This document shows, one piece after another, positions 27,406 through 38,019 of a DNA stretch of 64,000 nucleotides; the stretch's first letter is position 1, and the number at the start of each line of letters is the position of its first letter. The stretch is from Gammaproteobacteria bacterium (lineage in GTDB: Bacteria; Pseudomonadota; Gammaproteobacteria; UBA6429; Thiohalophilaceae), in contig JAJRZT010000065.1 in the NCBI GenBank assembly GCA_024275115.1, forward strand, positions 4,955 to 68,954. Reading direction: 5' to 3'. The notes beneath the pieces are model-generated. The model did no database searches. It had not been told where the DNA came from and saw only the letters and a list, made by a program, of their open reading frames with translations. A program made the position numbers and the translations under genes.

Positions 27406-29622
27406 CTAGAATTTAAACGGACTTAAACCGATTTTTTCAATCGTTTCAGCCATGTCATTAATGAGTTTAGGTGCGCGTTCGATATCGGTAATCGCAATCT
27501 CATAGGTTTCAACCCGTTCAGGCTCTAACGCTAAAGATTGCAGTGTATCGGCAACCTTGCTCATACGCTGATGGGCAATTTCTGAACCCTTAACAAAGTG
27601 ACACTGATAGTTTTCGCCTTTCTGGCACCCCATCAGGATAACGCCATCGTAACCGGAGTTCATCGCATCGGTAATCCAGATAAGATTGACCGAACCTAAA
27701 CAACGTACAGGAATAACCCGGGCATATGCGCTGTATTCTGTTTTATTCATTGCCCCCATATCGAGTGCTGGGTAGGCATCGTTTTCGCATGCAAGAACTA
27801 AAATACGCGGCTTTTCTTCAAACTCGTCCGGAATATCAACATTCTTAAGCTGTTGACCAACCGTGTCCACCGAATAGTTTTCGAACGAGATAACCCGAAC
27901 CGGGCAAGCACCCATACAGGTACCACAACGTCGGCAACGTGCTTCGTTGAATTGCGGGAAGCGTTGTTCATCTTCATCAATCGCACCAAATGGGCATTCC
28001 ACCGTGCAACGTTTGCACTGCGTACAACCTTCTCGACGGAACGATGGGTAACTTAAATCACCCGACCGAGGGTGTGCTGCACGACCTTTGCCGGCGTTTT
28101 CAATTTCCTGTAATGCTTTCATGGTGGCACCCACCGCATCTTCAATCGCTTGCGCACCGTCCATTGGACGACGCACAGGGCCACAGGTATAAATACCGGT
28201 ACGGCGTGTTTCGTAAGGGAAACAGATAAAGTGCGAGTCGTTAAAACCTTTGGTTAACTGAGGAATATCTTTGCCCTGACGGTAGTCGAGATTAAGAATG
28301 GAATCGACGTTAACCGTAAATTGACCGGGTTCATCCTGACCGACTTCGTCGATATCGACACCGCCGTTTGGAATCATGCCGGTGGCTAGAACTACTAAAT
28401 CGGCTTTTTCTGCCGTGTCTTCATCAAGAATAACATCTTTAAACTTAACGCTAAGTGAATCACCATCCTGAACCACTTGGCTAACGTCACCTTTAGTAAA
28501 GGTTACACCGTTCTTCTGACCCGCACGGTAAAAATCTTCACCGCTAACACCCGGCGTACGTAAATCAGAATAAATAATATTCGTATCCACATCCGGGTTT
28601 TGTTCTTTAAAGTATAACGCCTGTTTAATCGACGTTTGACAACAATGACCCGAGCAGTAATTTAAATGCCCTTCTTTGTCGCTACGCTGGCCGGCACACT
28701 GAACAAACACAACACTGTTAATGTCTTTGCCGTCTTTGGTTTTAATTGCACCGCCGTTTGCCGCCAATGCCATTTCATCGAGTTCGGCTTGCGTGACAAC
28801 ATTAGATGCTTTGCCGTAACCGAGTTCAGGTAGCTGGCTCGCATCGTATTCTCTGTAACCGGTTGCCTGAACAATCGCACCGAAGTTTTCAGTGGTTGTG
28901 TTGCCGCTTTCAGCAGAAATATCTGCCGAGAAACGACCCGGCGCACCGGATGTTTTAGTCAATGTTGAATTAAGGTGAACGGTAATATTATTGTCCGCCT
29001 CAATCGCCGCAATCATATCGGCAACGCCGGTATCCGCCGGTGCATCATAAGGCGCTTTCATTGGCAAGCCCTTATACATTCTGGCTGCTGCACCACCGAG
29101 TACCGCTGATTTTTCAACTAAATGCACCGGGTAGCCAGTTTTAGAAGCTTCGATTGCTGCGGTCATACCCGACACACCGCCACCCACAACCAATAATGTT
29201 TTATTATAAACCGCTTCTTCACTGCCTTGCGGGCGCTCCATGAATTTCACTTCATTCACGGCCATACGAACATAGTCATCGGCCATTTCTTGCGTGGTTT
29301 CTTTAGCTTCATCGGTATCGGGGCGAACCCAGATAACCCCTTCACGAATATTGCCGCGTGAGATAGCAACATTATCAAAATTAAAGGCTTCGACTTTAGC
29401 ACGTCGTGAACAGGCGCAAATCGCAACGTGGTTAACACCTTCGTTGTCGATATCGTCCTGAATCATTTTAATGCCGTCAGCATTACATAAAAATTCATGC
29501 TCTTTGGCTACGTGTGCTTTTGCATCGCGAGTGGCAATTTGTACCATTTGTGCTGTATCAACACGGTCACCAATACCACAACCTTTACAAATATAAGCAC
29601 CGATTTTCTTTTCGTCTGCCAT
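27406..29622 (-). CDS. qmoB: QmoB (HdrA-like flavoprotein with ferredoxin and MvhD-like domains)
   Basis: VVGGGVSGMTAA, VQCAGQR...CSGHCC, two CxxCxxCxxxCP motifs, C-terminal LACENDAYPALD...RCLGSV...GC...CHF. Confidence 0.92.
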   Translation of the reverse strand: MADEKKIGAYICKGCGIGDRVDTAQMVQIATRDAKAHVAKEHEFLCNADGIKMIQDDIDNEGVNHVAICACSRRAKVEAFNFDNVAISRGNIREGVIWVRPDTDEAKETTQEMADDYVRMAVNEVKFMERPQGSEEAVYNKTLLVVGGGVSGMTAAIEASKTGYPVHLVEKSAVLGGAAARMYKGLPMKAPYDAPADTGVADMIAAIEADNNITVHLNSTLTKTSGAPGRFSADISAESGNTTTENFGAIVQATGYREYDASQLPELGYGKASNVVTQAELDEMALAANGGAIKTKDGKDINSVVFVQCAGQRSDKEGHLNYCSGHCCQTSIKQALYFKEQNPDVDTNIIYSDLRTPGVSGEDFYRAGQKNGVTFTKGDVSQVVQDGDSLSVKFKDVILDEDTAEKADLVVLATGMIPNGGVDIDEVGQDEPGQFTVNVDSILNLDYRQGKDIPQLTKGFNDSHFICFPYETRRTGIYTCGPVRRPMDGAQAIEDAVGATMKALQEIENAGKGRAAHPRSGDLSYPSFRREGCTQCKRCTVECPFGAIDEDEQRFPQFNEARCRRCGTCMGACPVRVISFENYSVDTVGQQLKNVDIPDEFEEKPRILVLACENDAYPALDMGAMNKTEYSAYARVIPVRCLGSVNLIWITDAMNSGYDGVILMGCQKGENYQCHFVKGSEIAHQRMSKVADTLQSLALEPERVETYEIAITDIERAPKLINDMAETIEKIGLSPFKF

Positions 29623-29625
29623 GTT

Positions 29626-30906
29626 CTATCCCTCCGATCCAGCGACGCGATTCACAACCTGCACGGCCCGTAAGGCACTTGCGGTTGCACTTTGTACGGC
29701 GCGGTTTACATCTAATGCATCTGTCGAACAACCGGCTGCAAAAATACCGCCGTTTGATTCAGCTTGCTCGATATAACCATTTTCATTTACAACCACCTTC
29801 ATAGGGAAGTCGCTCACGCTTGGTTCCATACCAATCGCTAACACAACTAAATCATGTTCGTTGTCGTAACGGTTATAACCTTCGGTATCCACACCACGCA
29901 GGATGGGGTTGCCATTGCCTTTGTTTTCGTCGATACGAGCTACTTTTGATTTGGTAAAAGTAACATTGGGGTTAGCTTTAACTTTTTGATGGAAGTCGTC
30001 GATACGGTCGATTGCACGGATATCTATATAATAAATAGTGGACTTGCCGTCATCGCCATAAGCGTCTTCAACGTAATGGGTTTGCTTGAGTGAGGCCATA
30101 CAACAAATACGTGAACAGTGTTTTAAGTGGTTACGATCCCGTGAACCAGCGCATTGGATAAATGCCACGTTCTTCGCTTCGGCGTTATCACTTGGGCGTA
30201 ATAATTTACCGCCAGTTGGGCCATGTGGGTCGGCCATGCGTTCAAACTCAACCGAGGTAATCACATTTTGAATACGGTCATAACCATAAGGTTGAATCTT
30301 CGCCGCATCGTAAGGCTGCCAGCCAGTTGCCCAGATGATGGCACCTACGGTTAAAGTGGTTTCCTGCTCCTGCATATCCAGATCGATTGCACCGAACTTG
30401 CAGGCTTCTTTGGCTTTAGTCGCATCGGGCGTACCGATGATGGCTGGATCTAAAACATAACGCTGTGGGTGCGCCATAGCACTTGGCAAGTAAGCCCCTT
30501 TACGTTTGTTTAAATTGTAATTATGCTCATTGTCGAATTCGGCTTCGACTGCCGTACCACATGCACCACAAGCCGTGCAGCTTTCGTTCACATAACGCGG
30601 CGCTGTTTTTAAAGTAACACTGTAGTTGCCTTCTTCGCCTTCAACGGCCGATACTTCGGTCATGGTTAATAAGCGCAGGTTAGGGTTCATTTTCAATCGA
30701 CGCTGATTGATTTCCATACCGCAGGTGGGGTGACACATTTTAGGGAAATATTTATAGAGTTTACCTACTCGACCACCCACAGAAGGGGTTTTTTCCACCA
30801 AAATAACTTGTTTACCAAATTCAGCCGCTTCCAGCGCAGCGGTCATCCCGCTAATTCCGCCGCCCACGACTAAAATGGTCTCATTTGTAGCGATTATATC
30901 CGCCAT
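29626..30906 (-). CDS. qmoA: QmoA (short HdrA-like flavoprotein)
   Basis: ILVVGGGISGMTAALE, LYKYFPKMCHPTCG, IQCAGSRD..HCSRICC. Confidence 0.92.
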   Translation of the reverse strand: MADIIATNETILVVGGGISGMTAALEAAEFGKQVILVEKTPSVGGRVGKLYKYFPKMCHPTCGMEINQRRLKMNPNLRLLTMTEVSAVEGEEGNYSVTLKTAPRYVNESCTACGACGTAVEAEFDNEHNYNLNKRKGAYLPSAMAHPQRYVLDPAIIGTPDATKAKEACKFGAIDLDMQEQETTLTVGAIIWATGWQPYDAAKIQPYGYDRIQNVITSVEFERMADPHGPTGGKLLRPSDNAEAKNVAFIQCAGSRDRNHLKHCSRICCMASLKQTHYVEDAYGDDGKSTIYYIDIRAIDRIDDFHQKVKANPNVTFTKSKVARIDENKGNGNPILRGVDTEGYNRYDNEHDLVVLAIGMEPSVSDFPMKVVVNENGYIEQAESNGGIFAAGCSTDALDVNRAVQSATASALRAVQVVNRVAGSEG

Positions 30907-31331
30907 CGACTCAGCTCCTAAACTATACGGCTTACACTAGTACCCACCAGCGAAGCGATAATTTGACGTTAAAATTCTGTAATTCTTATTTTTACTTTAA
31001 ATAACAGCAAGTTAGTTACCCCAATAAATCATTTTACCCGCCTTTTGGCACGACCTATGGATGCTATTAAAAGTGGGAGCAACTTTGACCGATCAGCGGC
31101 TGAAAAACAAGTCATAAATATCTCTATGACCATAAAATGATTTTATTTAAGCGGTTGATTGCATAGGCTTAATTTATTTGATTAGACAGCAAATACCCCA
31201 CCAAAGTACTAAGCTAATTTAGACAAATGTAGGCGGCGACTCGGGATAAAAATCTTAATCCTTTAAAGTTGATAGCATGGTTAGCCTCGGGCTCATAATA
31301 CCGTCTCCGCTAATAATTTAATTATATAGAA

Positions 31332-32021
31332 TTAGTGCATTTGCCCAATATAAGCAGCTAAGGCTTTAATTTCTCCATCTGAAAGCCTTTTTGACACCCC
31401 TTCCATAATGGGACTGCGACGTTTAGTACTTTTTCCCATTGCCGCCGTATTTGAATTTTGGCGGAAGCGGCGTAATGTGTTTTCAACATATAGCGTTTTC
31501 TGACCCGCAATACGAGCGAAGTCTGCTTTACCGATACCCTTTTCACCGTGACACATGCCACACTTACCTGCATATAACGGCTGCCCCTGGGTTGCTAGCT
31601 GAGTATCTGTTTTAACCGGTATAACCCGCATATTGGCATAGAATATTGTCAGGTTAACCTTGTCTTCAGGGGAAAAATTCTTTGCTAATGCGTTCATTAC
31701 AAAATCTTTTCGCCTTCCATCTGCAAATTTCTGGATTTGCTCAAGCAGGTACACAGGATTTTGTGAAGCCAGATTAGGAATATCCATCTTCACACTATTG
31801 CCGTCTTTTCCATGGCATTGACTGCACAACAAAGCACGCTCTTTACCCATTACAATTGCCTGTTGTTTAAGTTCAGGGGATGATTGTTTTTTTTTCAAAT
31901 CAATAAACATCTGCGTCGATTTTATATCTTTTGCATATGCCGGCAAACTGGAAAAACAAAACACCATAACGATAATAATACGACTTATTGAAATAAGCAT
32001 TTTACACCTCATACCCTTCAT
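31332..32021 (-). CDS. Dihaem cytochrome c4-like protein
   Basis: Signal peptide; CSQCH and CGMCH; PNLASQ...YL..Q...F..G.R...M. Start codon uncertain. Confidence 0.88.
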   Translation of the reverse strand: MKGMRCKMLISISRIIIVMVFCFSSLPAYAKDIKSTQMFIDLKKKQSSPELKQQAIVMGKERALLCSQCHGKDGNSVKMDIPNLASQNPVYLLEQIQKFADGRRKDFVMNALAKNFSPEDKVNLTIFYANMRVIPVKTDTQLATQGQPLYAGKCGMCHGEKGIGKADFARIAGQKTLYVENTLRRFRQNSNTAAMGKSTKRRSPIMEGVSKRLSDGEIKALAAYIGQMH

Positions 32022-32427
32022 ATTTTTTGTACACCAATAAAATATTGTTCAATTCGAAATACCGCAGCTGAATAATCTTTATTATTTAGAAAAAGAGCAG
32101 CAACGATGGAGTACAGTATAAAGAAAATATAACACCTTGTCAGACGTCGATTTATTAAACAACCAACTGATTATGGCTGTCTACACTCATATTGAACAAC
32201 CAATACCCGACTGAAAGACTAAGGGTTTCTTATCATAAATTAAATTAAGTTAATGAAATTTAGCAAAAAGAGCAGAGAAACAATATTGAGCCCCAAAACG
32301 CCACCTTTTGAATATTATTTTTAATGCATTAACATAGTTGTACACGATTAAATTAGGAACGGAACTTACGAGGCTACTTTTGTCTATAATGTATACCGAA
32401 CCTGTCAGTCTGGGATAACACAGCAAA

Positions 32428-32976
32428 ATGAAACCTAAAGTAAAAAAACGGAGTGTTATTTTCACAGTGATTCTGGCTCTTGGCAATGTCACTGGGTTGG
32501 TCATTGCAACACCTGCCAATACCGAAACAATCAGCACGAGCTGGCAGCTAACCCTGAACCAGGATCTGACCATTCCCGGACAAAGTGCAGGTATTTACCT
32601 GCAACATGGCAAGGCGGTTACCGAAGCAAATACCGATCAATATTACCCAAACTGCCGGCTGGAAGTACGTTACCCTCAAGATAAACCACAAACCATAACA
32701 GCCGATACTTTCAGTATTTACCGTGTTAAATGGACCGAAGAGGATGTTTTACTGCACTCGAATCAGTACGCATCCAATGGGATAATACAGGTTTCAAGCC
32801 CCACAGCGGATGACTATACCACCACGCTCTACCTACGTTCCGGGAAACAACCTGATGTAACTCGGCTTATTTGCAGGCACTGGGAAGATCCCACCGGCTT
32901 TGCTGAACACCTAAGCGTAAAGCAAATTCGCAGCGCGTTGGGAAAGATATTTACCCTGCAACCAAAAAATAAATAA
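32428..32976 (+). CDS. Hypothetical exported protein
   Basis: N-terminal signal-like segment; two Cys (YYPNC, LIC); 182 aa. Confidence 0.65.
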   Translation: MKPKVKKRSVIFTVILALGNVTGLVIATPANTETISTSWQLTLNQDLTIPGQSAGIYLQHGKAVTEANTDQYYPNCRLEVRYPQDKPQTITADTFSIYRVKWTEEDVLLHSNQYASNGIIQVSSPTADDYTTTLYLRSGKQPDVTRLICRHWEDPTGFAEHLSVKQIRSALGKIFTLQPKNK

Positions 32977-33062
32977 ATTATGCCGGCCATTGGGTCAAGC
33001 CAGGCTTACTTAACCTGCCTGTGAGTGTTTGATTTGACCCGGTTGTTGAAATAAACAATAGG

Positions 33063-33761
33063 CTATTGTCCGTAACGCCCTTTTAGAGTAACGGTAAGCT
33101 TAATCGTGTCGTTATATGTTTCCAGCTCAACCGTTTCTCTTTTCCCATTTTGCTGAATTAAATACGTTGTTTTAAATGTATTATCGAGATCGCCGGATGG
33201 TTTAGTCGTCGTGTTTAAAAATATTAGTTTTGCCAGGCCATTAAAACCATCGTCGAGCTGCCACGACAAGGTGGAGGTGAAATTTCTCTTGTCGATATAA
33301 GTGCCTATTATTCCTGACTGGCCTATTTTGGCTCTGACTGGAATGTCTGTTGTTGTTGCTTTTACCGTTGTAATATCACCACTAACGCCTACGAAACGCC
33401 TGACATTAACATTGGTACTATAATAACTCGTTACGATCGCTGTACCAAAGCCCATGCCCACCGCAAAAAACGCCGTTGTTGTTTGAATAGGAGATACTCT
33501 GATACCTAAAAAAGCGGTCCTCAATAAGAGCTTTTCAGCAATATTGCCGGTCAAATTTATCCCTCTGCTATCCGATCCGGTCAAGGATGCAGAAACATCG
33601 TAGTCGATAAAATAATTACCTGGGAATAATTGAAACTTAATGCTAGTGCTTGTCGGCTGTGCTTTATTGGCCGCAGAAGCGGCAGTGAGGGCAAAGAAAT
33701 AAGCACCCAATATCAATACGCTAACTAGAAAATATTTTTTTGTATTATTTTTAGTGTTCAT
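33063..33761 (-). CDS. Hypothetical exported beta-rich protein
   Basis: Start at MNTKNN (RBS GGAGG), signal peptide ending ASA; Thr/Ser/Gly-rich. Confidence 0.6.
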   Translation of the reverse strand: MNTKNNTKKYFLVSVLILGAYFFALTAASAANKAQPTSTSIKFQLFPGNYFIDYDVSASLTGSDSRGINLTGNIAEKLLLRTAFLGIRVSPIQTTTAFFAVGMGFGTAIVTSYYSTNVNVRRFVGVSGDITTVKATTTDIPVRAKIGQSGIIGTYIDKRNFTSTLSWQLDDGFNGLAKLIFLNTTTKPSGDLDNTFKTTYLIQQNGKRETVELETYNDTIKLTVTLKGRYGQ

Positions 33762-34157
33762 GTGACCTCCATTTCTATTTCTTAATTCATCGCCAATATT
33801 TTGTAAAAGATTATAACAATATAGTAAAGTAAGTTGAGCGATCGAGGGACAAAACACCAATATCATTGCTATTAGCGATTAGCACGCATTGATTGAACGT
33901 TCGCTTTCTTATTTTAATGGGCAAACGATCCTTCTACTCATTGAAGTACCCTATATATAGTATAAACTTCACCTAAAAATGGCATGTGCTCAACTTTTTC
34001 TAGCCTTACCCGATACAGCAGCTTAAACTTGAGTGCTTTAGTCAACGACTCTTGTATCTAGTAAGGTGATACATTAGAATATTAGAGTTCGCTAATTAAC
34101 TATTCATAGAATTTATCCATCCATTAAATTACCACTAATTGAACGATTGAGTCCTTT

Positions 34158-37082
34158 ATGTCCTATTCCAGTACTGCATCCACTGAACAAGCTTCCGCTA
34201 ACGAACGCACCGTCAACGCTAGAATCGAAGTTAAAAATACCACTTGCTATATGTGTGCTTGCCGCTGCGGAATTCGTGTCACTATACGCGATGGTGAAGT
34301 TCGCTATATTCAGGGCAACCCAGAACACCCATTAAATAAAGGGGTTATTTGCGCAAAAGGTGCTTCGGGCATTATGAAGCAATACTCACCTGCGCGCTTA
34401 ACTAAGCCGTTAAAACGTAAAGCAGGGGCTGACCGGGGTGATGCAGAATTTGAAGAAATTAGCTGGGAAGAGGCACTTTCAACCATTAGCGAACGCTTAG
34501 AGCATCTTCGCAAAACCGACCCGAAGAAATTCGCGCTGTTTACTGGCCGCGACCAAATGCAGGCCTTAACCGGCATGTTTGCCAAGCAATTCGGCACACC
34601 TAACTATGCGGCACACGGCGGTTTTTGCTCGGTCAATATGGCCGCAGGGATGATTTACACCATTGGTGGCTCGTTCTGGGAGTTTGGTGGGCCAGATTTA
34701 GACCGTGCAAAATTATTTGTGATGATCGGCACCGCCGAAGATCATCATTCCAACCCAATGAAAATGGCTCTGTCTAAATTCAAGCGTAATGGCGGTCGTT
34801 TTATTTCGATTAACCCGGTTCGTAGTGGTTATTCGGCCATTGCCGACGAATGGGTGCCGATTAAACCCGGCACCGACGGTGCTTTATTCCTGGCCTTAAT
34901 TCATGAGCTGATTAAACAGGGTTTATATGACCGTGAATTTTTAACCCAGTACTCTAATTCTGCACAACTTATTATTGATGATGCTCAAGACGATGACGAT
35001 GGCATGTTCATTCGAACCGATGTACCACAGGACACCGAATGTTTTGATGCCCAGGATGCTGTCTGGTGGGATCGCCTAACCGACAAACCGGTTCGTACCC
35101 ACACAAAAGAAGCCGACCCTTTCTTACTGGGCGAATTCACTATGCCCGATGGCACCAAAGCTAAGCCTGCATTCCAGATGCTAAAAGAACGGGTTGAGCA
35201 ATACACCCCAGAATGGGCGAGTAAAATTACCGGCATTTCAGCCGACACCATTCAACGCCTTGCCTACGAAATGGGCATTACCGCACGCGATGAAAAAATT
35301 GAATTACCGATTGCCTGGACGGATGTTTGGGGCAACGACCACGACACCGTAACCGGCAACCCAGTTGCCTTCCATTCAATGCGCGGAACAGCCGCCCATT
35401 CCAATGGCTTCCAGACCATTCGTGCAATGTCGATACTCATGTCGTTACTTGGCACCATTGACCGTCCCGGTGGCTTCCGCCATAAAGCGCCCTTCCCGCG
35501 TCCTATTCCACCGTGTGCTAAAACACCCAAAGGCCCGGAAGGCGTACAACCAGAAACACCACTAGGTGGCATGCCCCTCGGCTGGCCAGCCGACCCAGAT
35601 GATTTGTTTGTTGAAGACGATGGTACACCAGTACGTATCGATAAAGCCTTTTCATGGGAATATCCGCTATCGGCGCACGGCTTAATGCACAATGCCATTA
35701 CCAATGCATGGCGCGGCGACCCGTACGAAATTGATACCCTGATGATATTTATGGCCAACATGGCGTGGAACTCCAGCATGAACACCACTGAAGTGCGTAA
35801 AATGCTCAACGACAAAAAAGAAGACGGCGAATATAAAATTCCGTTCTTAATTGTTGCCGATGCCTTCCAGTCTGAAATGACCGCCTACGCCGATTTAATT
35901 TTACCCGACACCACTTACCTCGAACGCCATGACGTTATGAGTATGTTAGACCGGCCTATTTCTGAATTCGATGGCCCGGTTGACTCGGTACGTATTCCGG
36001 TGGTTGAACCTAAAGGCGACTGCCGACCATTCCAGGAAGTCATTATTGAACTGGGCTCACGTTTAAAACTACCCGCCTTTACCAATGATAAAGGCGAACG
36101 CAAATTCCGTGACTACCCGGACTTTGTAGTGAACTATGAAACCGAACCGGGTTCTGGCATTGGCTTCCTCGCCGGTTGGCGCGGCAAAGGCGGCGAAAAG
36201 TTTATGAAAGGTGAGCCTAACCCTAACCAATGGGAAATGTACGAAAAAAATAATTGCGTTTATCAGTATCATTTACCAAAATCATTCCAGTACATGCGTA
36301 ACTGGAATGCCGGTTACTTACAATGGGCGCAGGAACACCGTTTAACAAAATACGCCGAACCCATTAACATTCATATTTATTCTGAAGTGTTACAAAAATT
36401 CCGTTTAGCGGCACAAGGCAAACGTGAAGGCAAACAACCGCCTGAACATTTACGTAAACGTGTAGAAACCCATTTTGATCCGCTGCCATTTTATAGCGAG
36501 CCATTAGAATCGCAATTAACGGACAAACATAAGTACCCTTTAAACGCGATTACCCAACGGCCGATGGCGATGTACCATTCATGGGATTCACAAAATGCCT
36601 GGTTACGTCAAATCCACGCGCACAACTATTTGCATCTGCACCCTTCGCTCGGTGAAAAGCATGGCTTTGCCGATGGTGACTGGATCTGGGTTGAGTCGAT
36701 GCACGGTAAAGTACGTTGCATGTGCCGCTTTAGTGAAGCGGTTGAACCGGGTACAGTGTGGACATGGAACGCCATTGGTAAGGCATCCGGTGCATGGAAT
36801 CTGGACAAAGATGCCAATGAATCTAAAAAAGGTTTTCTGTTGAACCATTTAATTTCGGAAGAGCTCCCCGCCAATGAAGCGGGTGAGCACCTATCAAACT
36901 CTGACCCGATTACAGGGCAGGCAGGTTGGTATGATGTGCGGGTTCGCGTATATAAAGCCGATGAAAACGAAGCAGCCGAAACGTATCCGCAGTTTGATGC
37001 CATCAAAAGCTACCCCGGTCAGGATAAGCCCCGCAAGTGGTTAAGTTTTTTTGCTGGCAAATTTAATAAAGCTAAAAAGTAA
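34158..37082 (+). CDS. soeA: Sulfite dehydrogenase (quinone) molybdopterin subunit SoeA
   Basis: TTCYMCACRCGI...CAKG, NYAAHGGFCSVNMAAG, MYHSWDSQNAWLRQI; no Tat signal, consistent with cytoplasmic SoeA. Confidence 0.93.
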   Translation: MSYSSTASTEQASANERTVNARIEVKNTTCYMCACRCGIRVTIRDGEVRYIQGNPEHPLNKGVICAKGASGIMKQYSPARLTKPLKRKAGADRGDAEFEEISWEEALSTISERLEHLRKTDPKKFALFTGRDQMQALTGMFAKQFGTPNYAAHGGFCSVNMAAGMIYTIGGSFWEFGGPDLDRAKLFVMIGTAEDHHSNPMKMALSKFKRNGGRFISINPVRSGYSAIADEWVPIKPGTDGALFLALIHELIKQGLYDREFLTQYSNSAQLIIDDAQDDDDGMFIRTDVPQDTECFDAQDAVWWDRLTDKPVRTHTKEADPFLLGEFTMPDGTKAKPAFQMLKERVEQYTPEWASKITGISADTIQRLAYEMGITARDEKIELPIAWTDVWGNDHDTVTGNPVAFHSMRGTAAHSNGFQTIRAMSILMSLLGTIDRPGGFRHKAPFPRPIPPCAKTPKGPEGVQPETPLGGMPLGWPADPDDLFVEDDGTPVRIDKAFSWEYPLSAHGLMHNAITNAWRGDPYEIDTLMIFMANMAWNSSMNTTEVRKMLNDKKEDGEYKIPFLIVADAFQSEMTAYADLILPDTTYLERHDVMSMLDRPISEFDGPVDSVRIPVVEPKGDCRPFQEVIIELGSRLKLPAFTNDKGERKFRDYPDFVVNYETEPGSGIGFLAGWRGKGGEKFMKGEPNPNQWEMYEKNNCVYQYHLPKSFQYMRNWNAGYLQWAQEHRLTKYAEPINIHIYSEVLQKFRLAAQGKREGKQPPEHLRKRVETHFDPLPFYSEPLESQLTDKHKYPLNAITQRPMAMYHSWDSQNAWLRQIHAHNYLHLHPSLGEKHGFADGDWIWVESMHGKVRCMCRFSEAVEPGTVWTWNAIGKASGAWNLDKDANESKKGFLLNHLISEELPANEAGEHLSNSDPITGQAGWYDVRVRVYKADENEAAETYPQFDAIKSYPGQDKPRKWLSFFAGKFNKAKK

Positions 37083-37102
37083 GATAAAACAGGATTCAAA
37101 TA

Positions 37103-37834
37103 ATGACTCAGTTAGCATTAGTTATCGACTTAAACGTTTGCGTCGGCTGCCATGCCTGCGTAACCAGCTGTAAAGAATGGAATACCTCTGGCCCCGCCGG
37201 TTCAATGTGTGACGATAACCCTTACGGGAAAGATCCAACTGGCACATTCTTTAACCGTGTACAAACCTATGAAGTCGGCGAATTCCCATTAACCGAAACC
37301 GTTCACTTCCCTAAAAGTTGTTTGCATTGTGAAGATCCACCGTGTGTACCCGTTTGCCCTACTGGCGCAAGTTATAAACGCGAGTCCGACGGCATTGTCT
37401 TAGTTGATTACGATAAGTGCATTGGTTGCCGTTACTGTTCATGGGCCTGCCCTTACGGTGCACGTGAAATTGATGAGCATCAGAAGGTAATGAAAAAATG
37501 TACCCTGTGTGTTGACCGAATTTATGATGAAGAATTACCCGAAGAAGAACGTAAACCAGCTTGCGTATTAGCTTGCCCAACCAGCGCGCGTTTATTTGGT
37601 GATGTACATGATTCGGAATCGGAAATATCCGTTGCCATTCGTGAAGAAGGTGGTTACCAACTTATGCCAGAGTGGGGAACAAAACCATCTAACCATTATT
37701 TACCACGGCGTAAAATACGTAAACATATTCATAAAGATGAACTGGAACGTGCAGATAACCCATTGAATAAAGAACAACGTAAACCGCATGGTCCGATTGA
37801 TGCGCCTACGTTGGATGATTCAACCAGTTGGTAA
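37103..37834 (+). CDS. soeB: SoeB iron-sulfur subunit
   Basis: MTQLALVIDLNVCVGCHAC...; four Fe-S motifs of the DmsB/NrfC type. Confidence 0.93.
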   Translation: MTQLALVIDLNVCVGCHACVTSCKEWNTSGPAGSMCDDNPYGKDPTGTFFNRVQTYEVGEFPLTETVHFPKSCLHCEDPPCVPVCPTGASYKRESDGIVLVDYDKCIGCRYCSWACPYGAREIDEHQKVMKKCTLCVDRIYDEELPEEERKPACVLACPTSARLFGDVHDSESEISVAIREEGGYQLMPEWGTKPSNHYLPRRKIRKHIHKDELERADNPLNKEQRKPHGPIDAPTLDDSTSW

Positions 37835-37845
37835 TCAATTATATA

Positions 37846-37946
37846 TCGTCAACGGGGTATGCACCCCGCTGACGACCAAAGGGGAGAGCTCCGCTTCTCC
37901 CCTTTGGAAACCCCAACGGTTTTGTGCCCGCCGCAAGCGGACGGGG
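37846..37946. repeat. Multi-hairpin intergenic element (REP/MITE-like) inside the soe operon
   Basis: Three consecutive stems: GTCAACGGGGT/ACCCCGCTGAC, CCAAAGGGGAGAG/CTTCTCCCCTTTGG, CCCGCCGC/GCGGACGGG. Confidence 0.6.
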
Positions 37947-38019
37947 AATTTAGATTTAACTTTAATATATTTTGTTGGTCAGAGCGGCCAGCTGATTTAG
38001 AAACAGAGGAACAAACACA

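Noticed and set aside
15770..31150. Shared regulatory motif upstream of sat and qmoA (GGYCATAGA-like)
   Set aside because: Short, AT-rich context and opposite orientation relative to the genes; could be chance.
37788..38000. 70-aa ORF between soeB and soeC
   Set aside because: It overlaps the soeB 3' end, runs through the hairpin element, has no RBS and shows no protein-like features.
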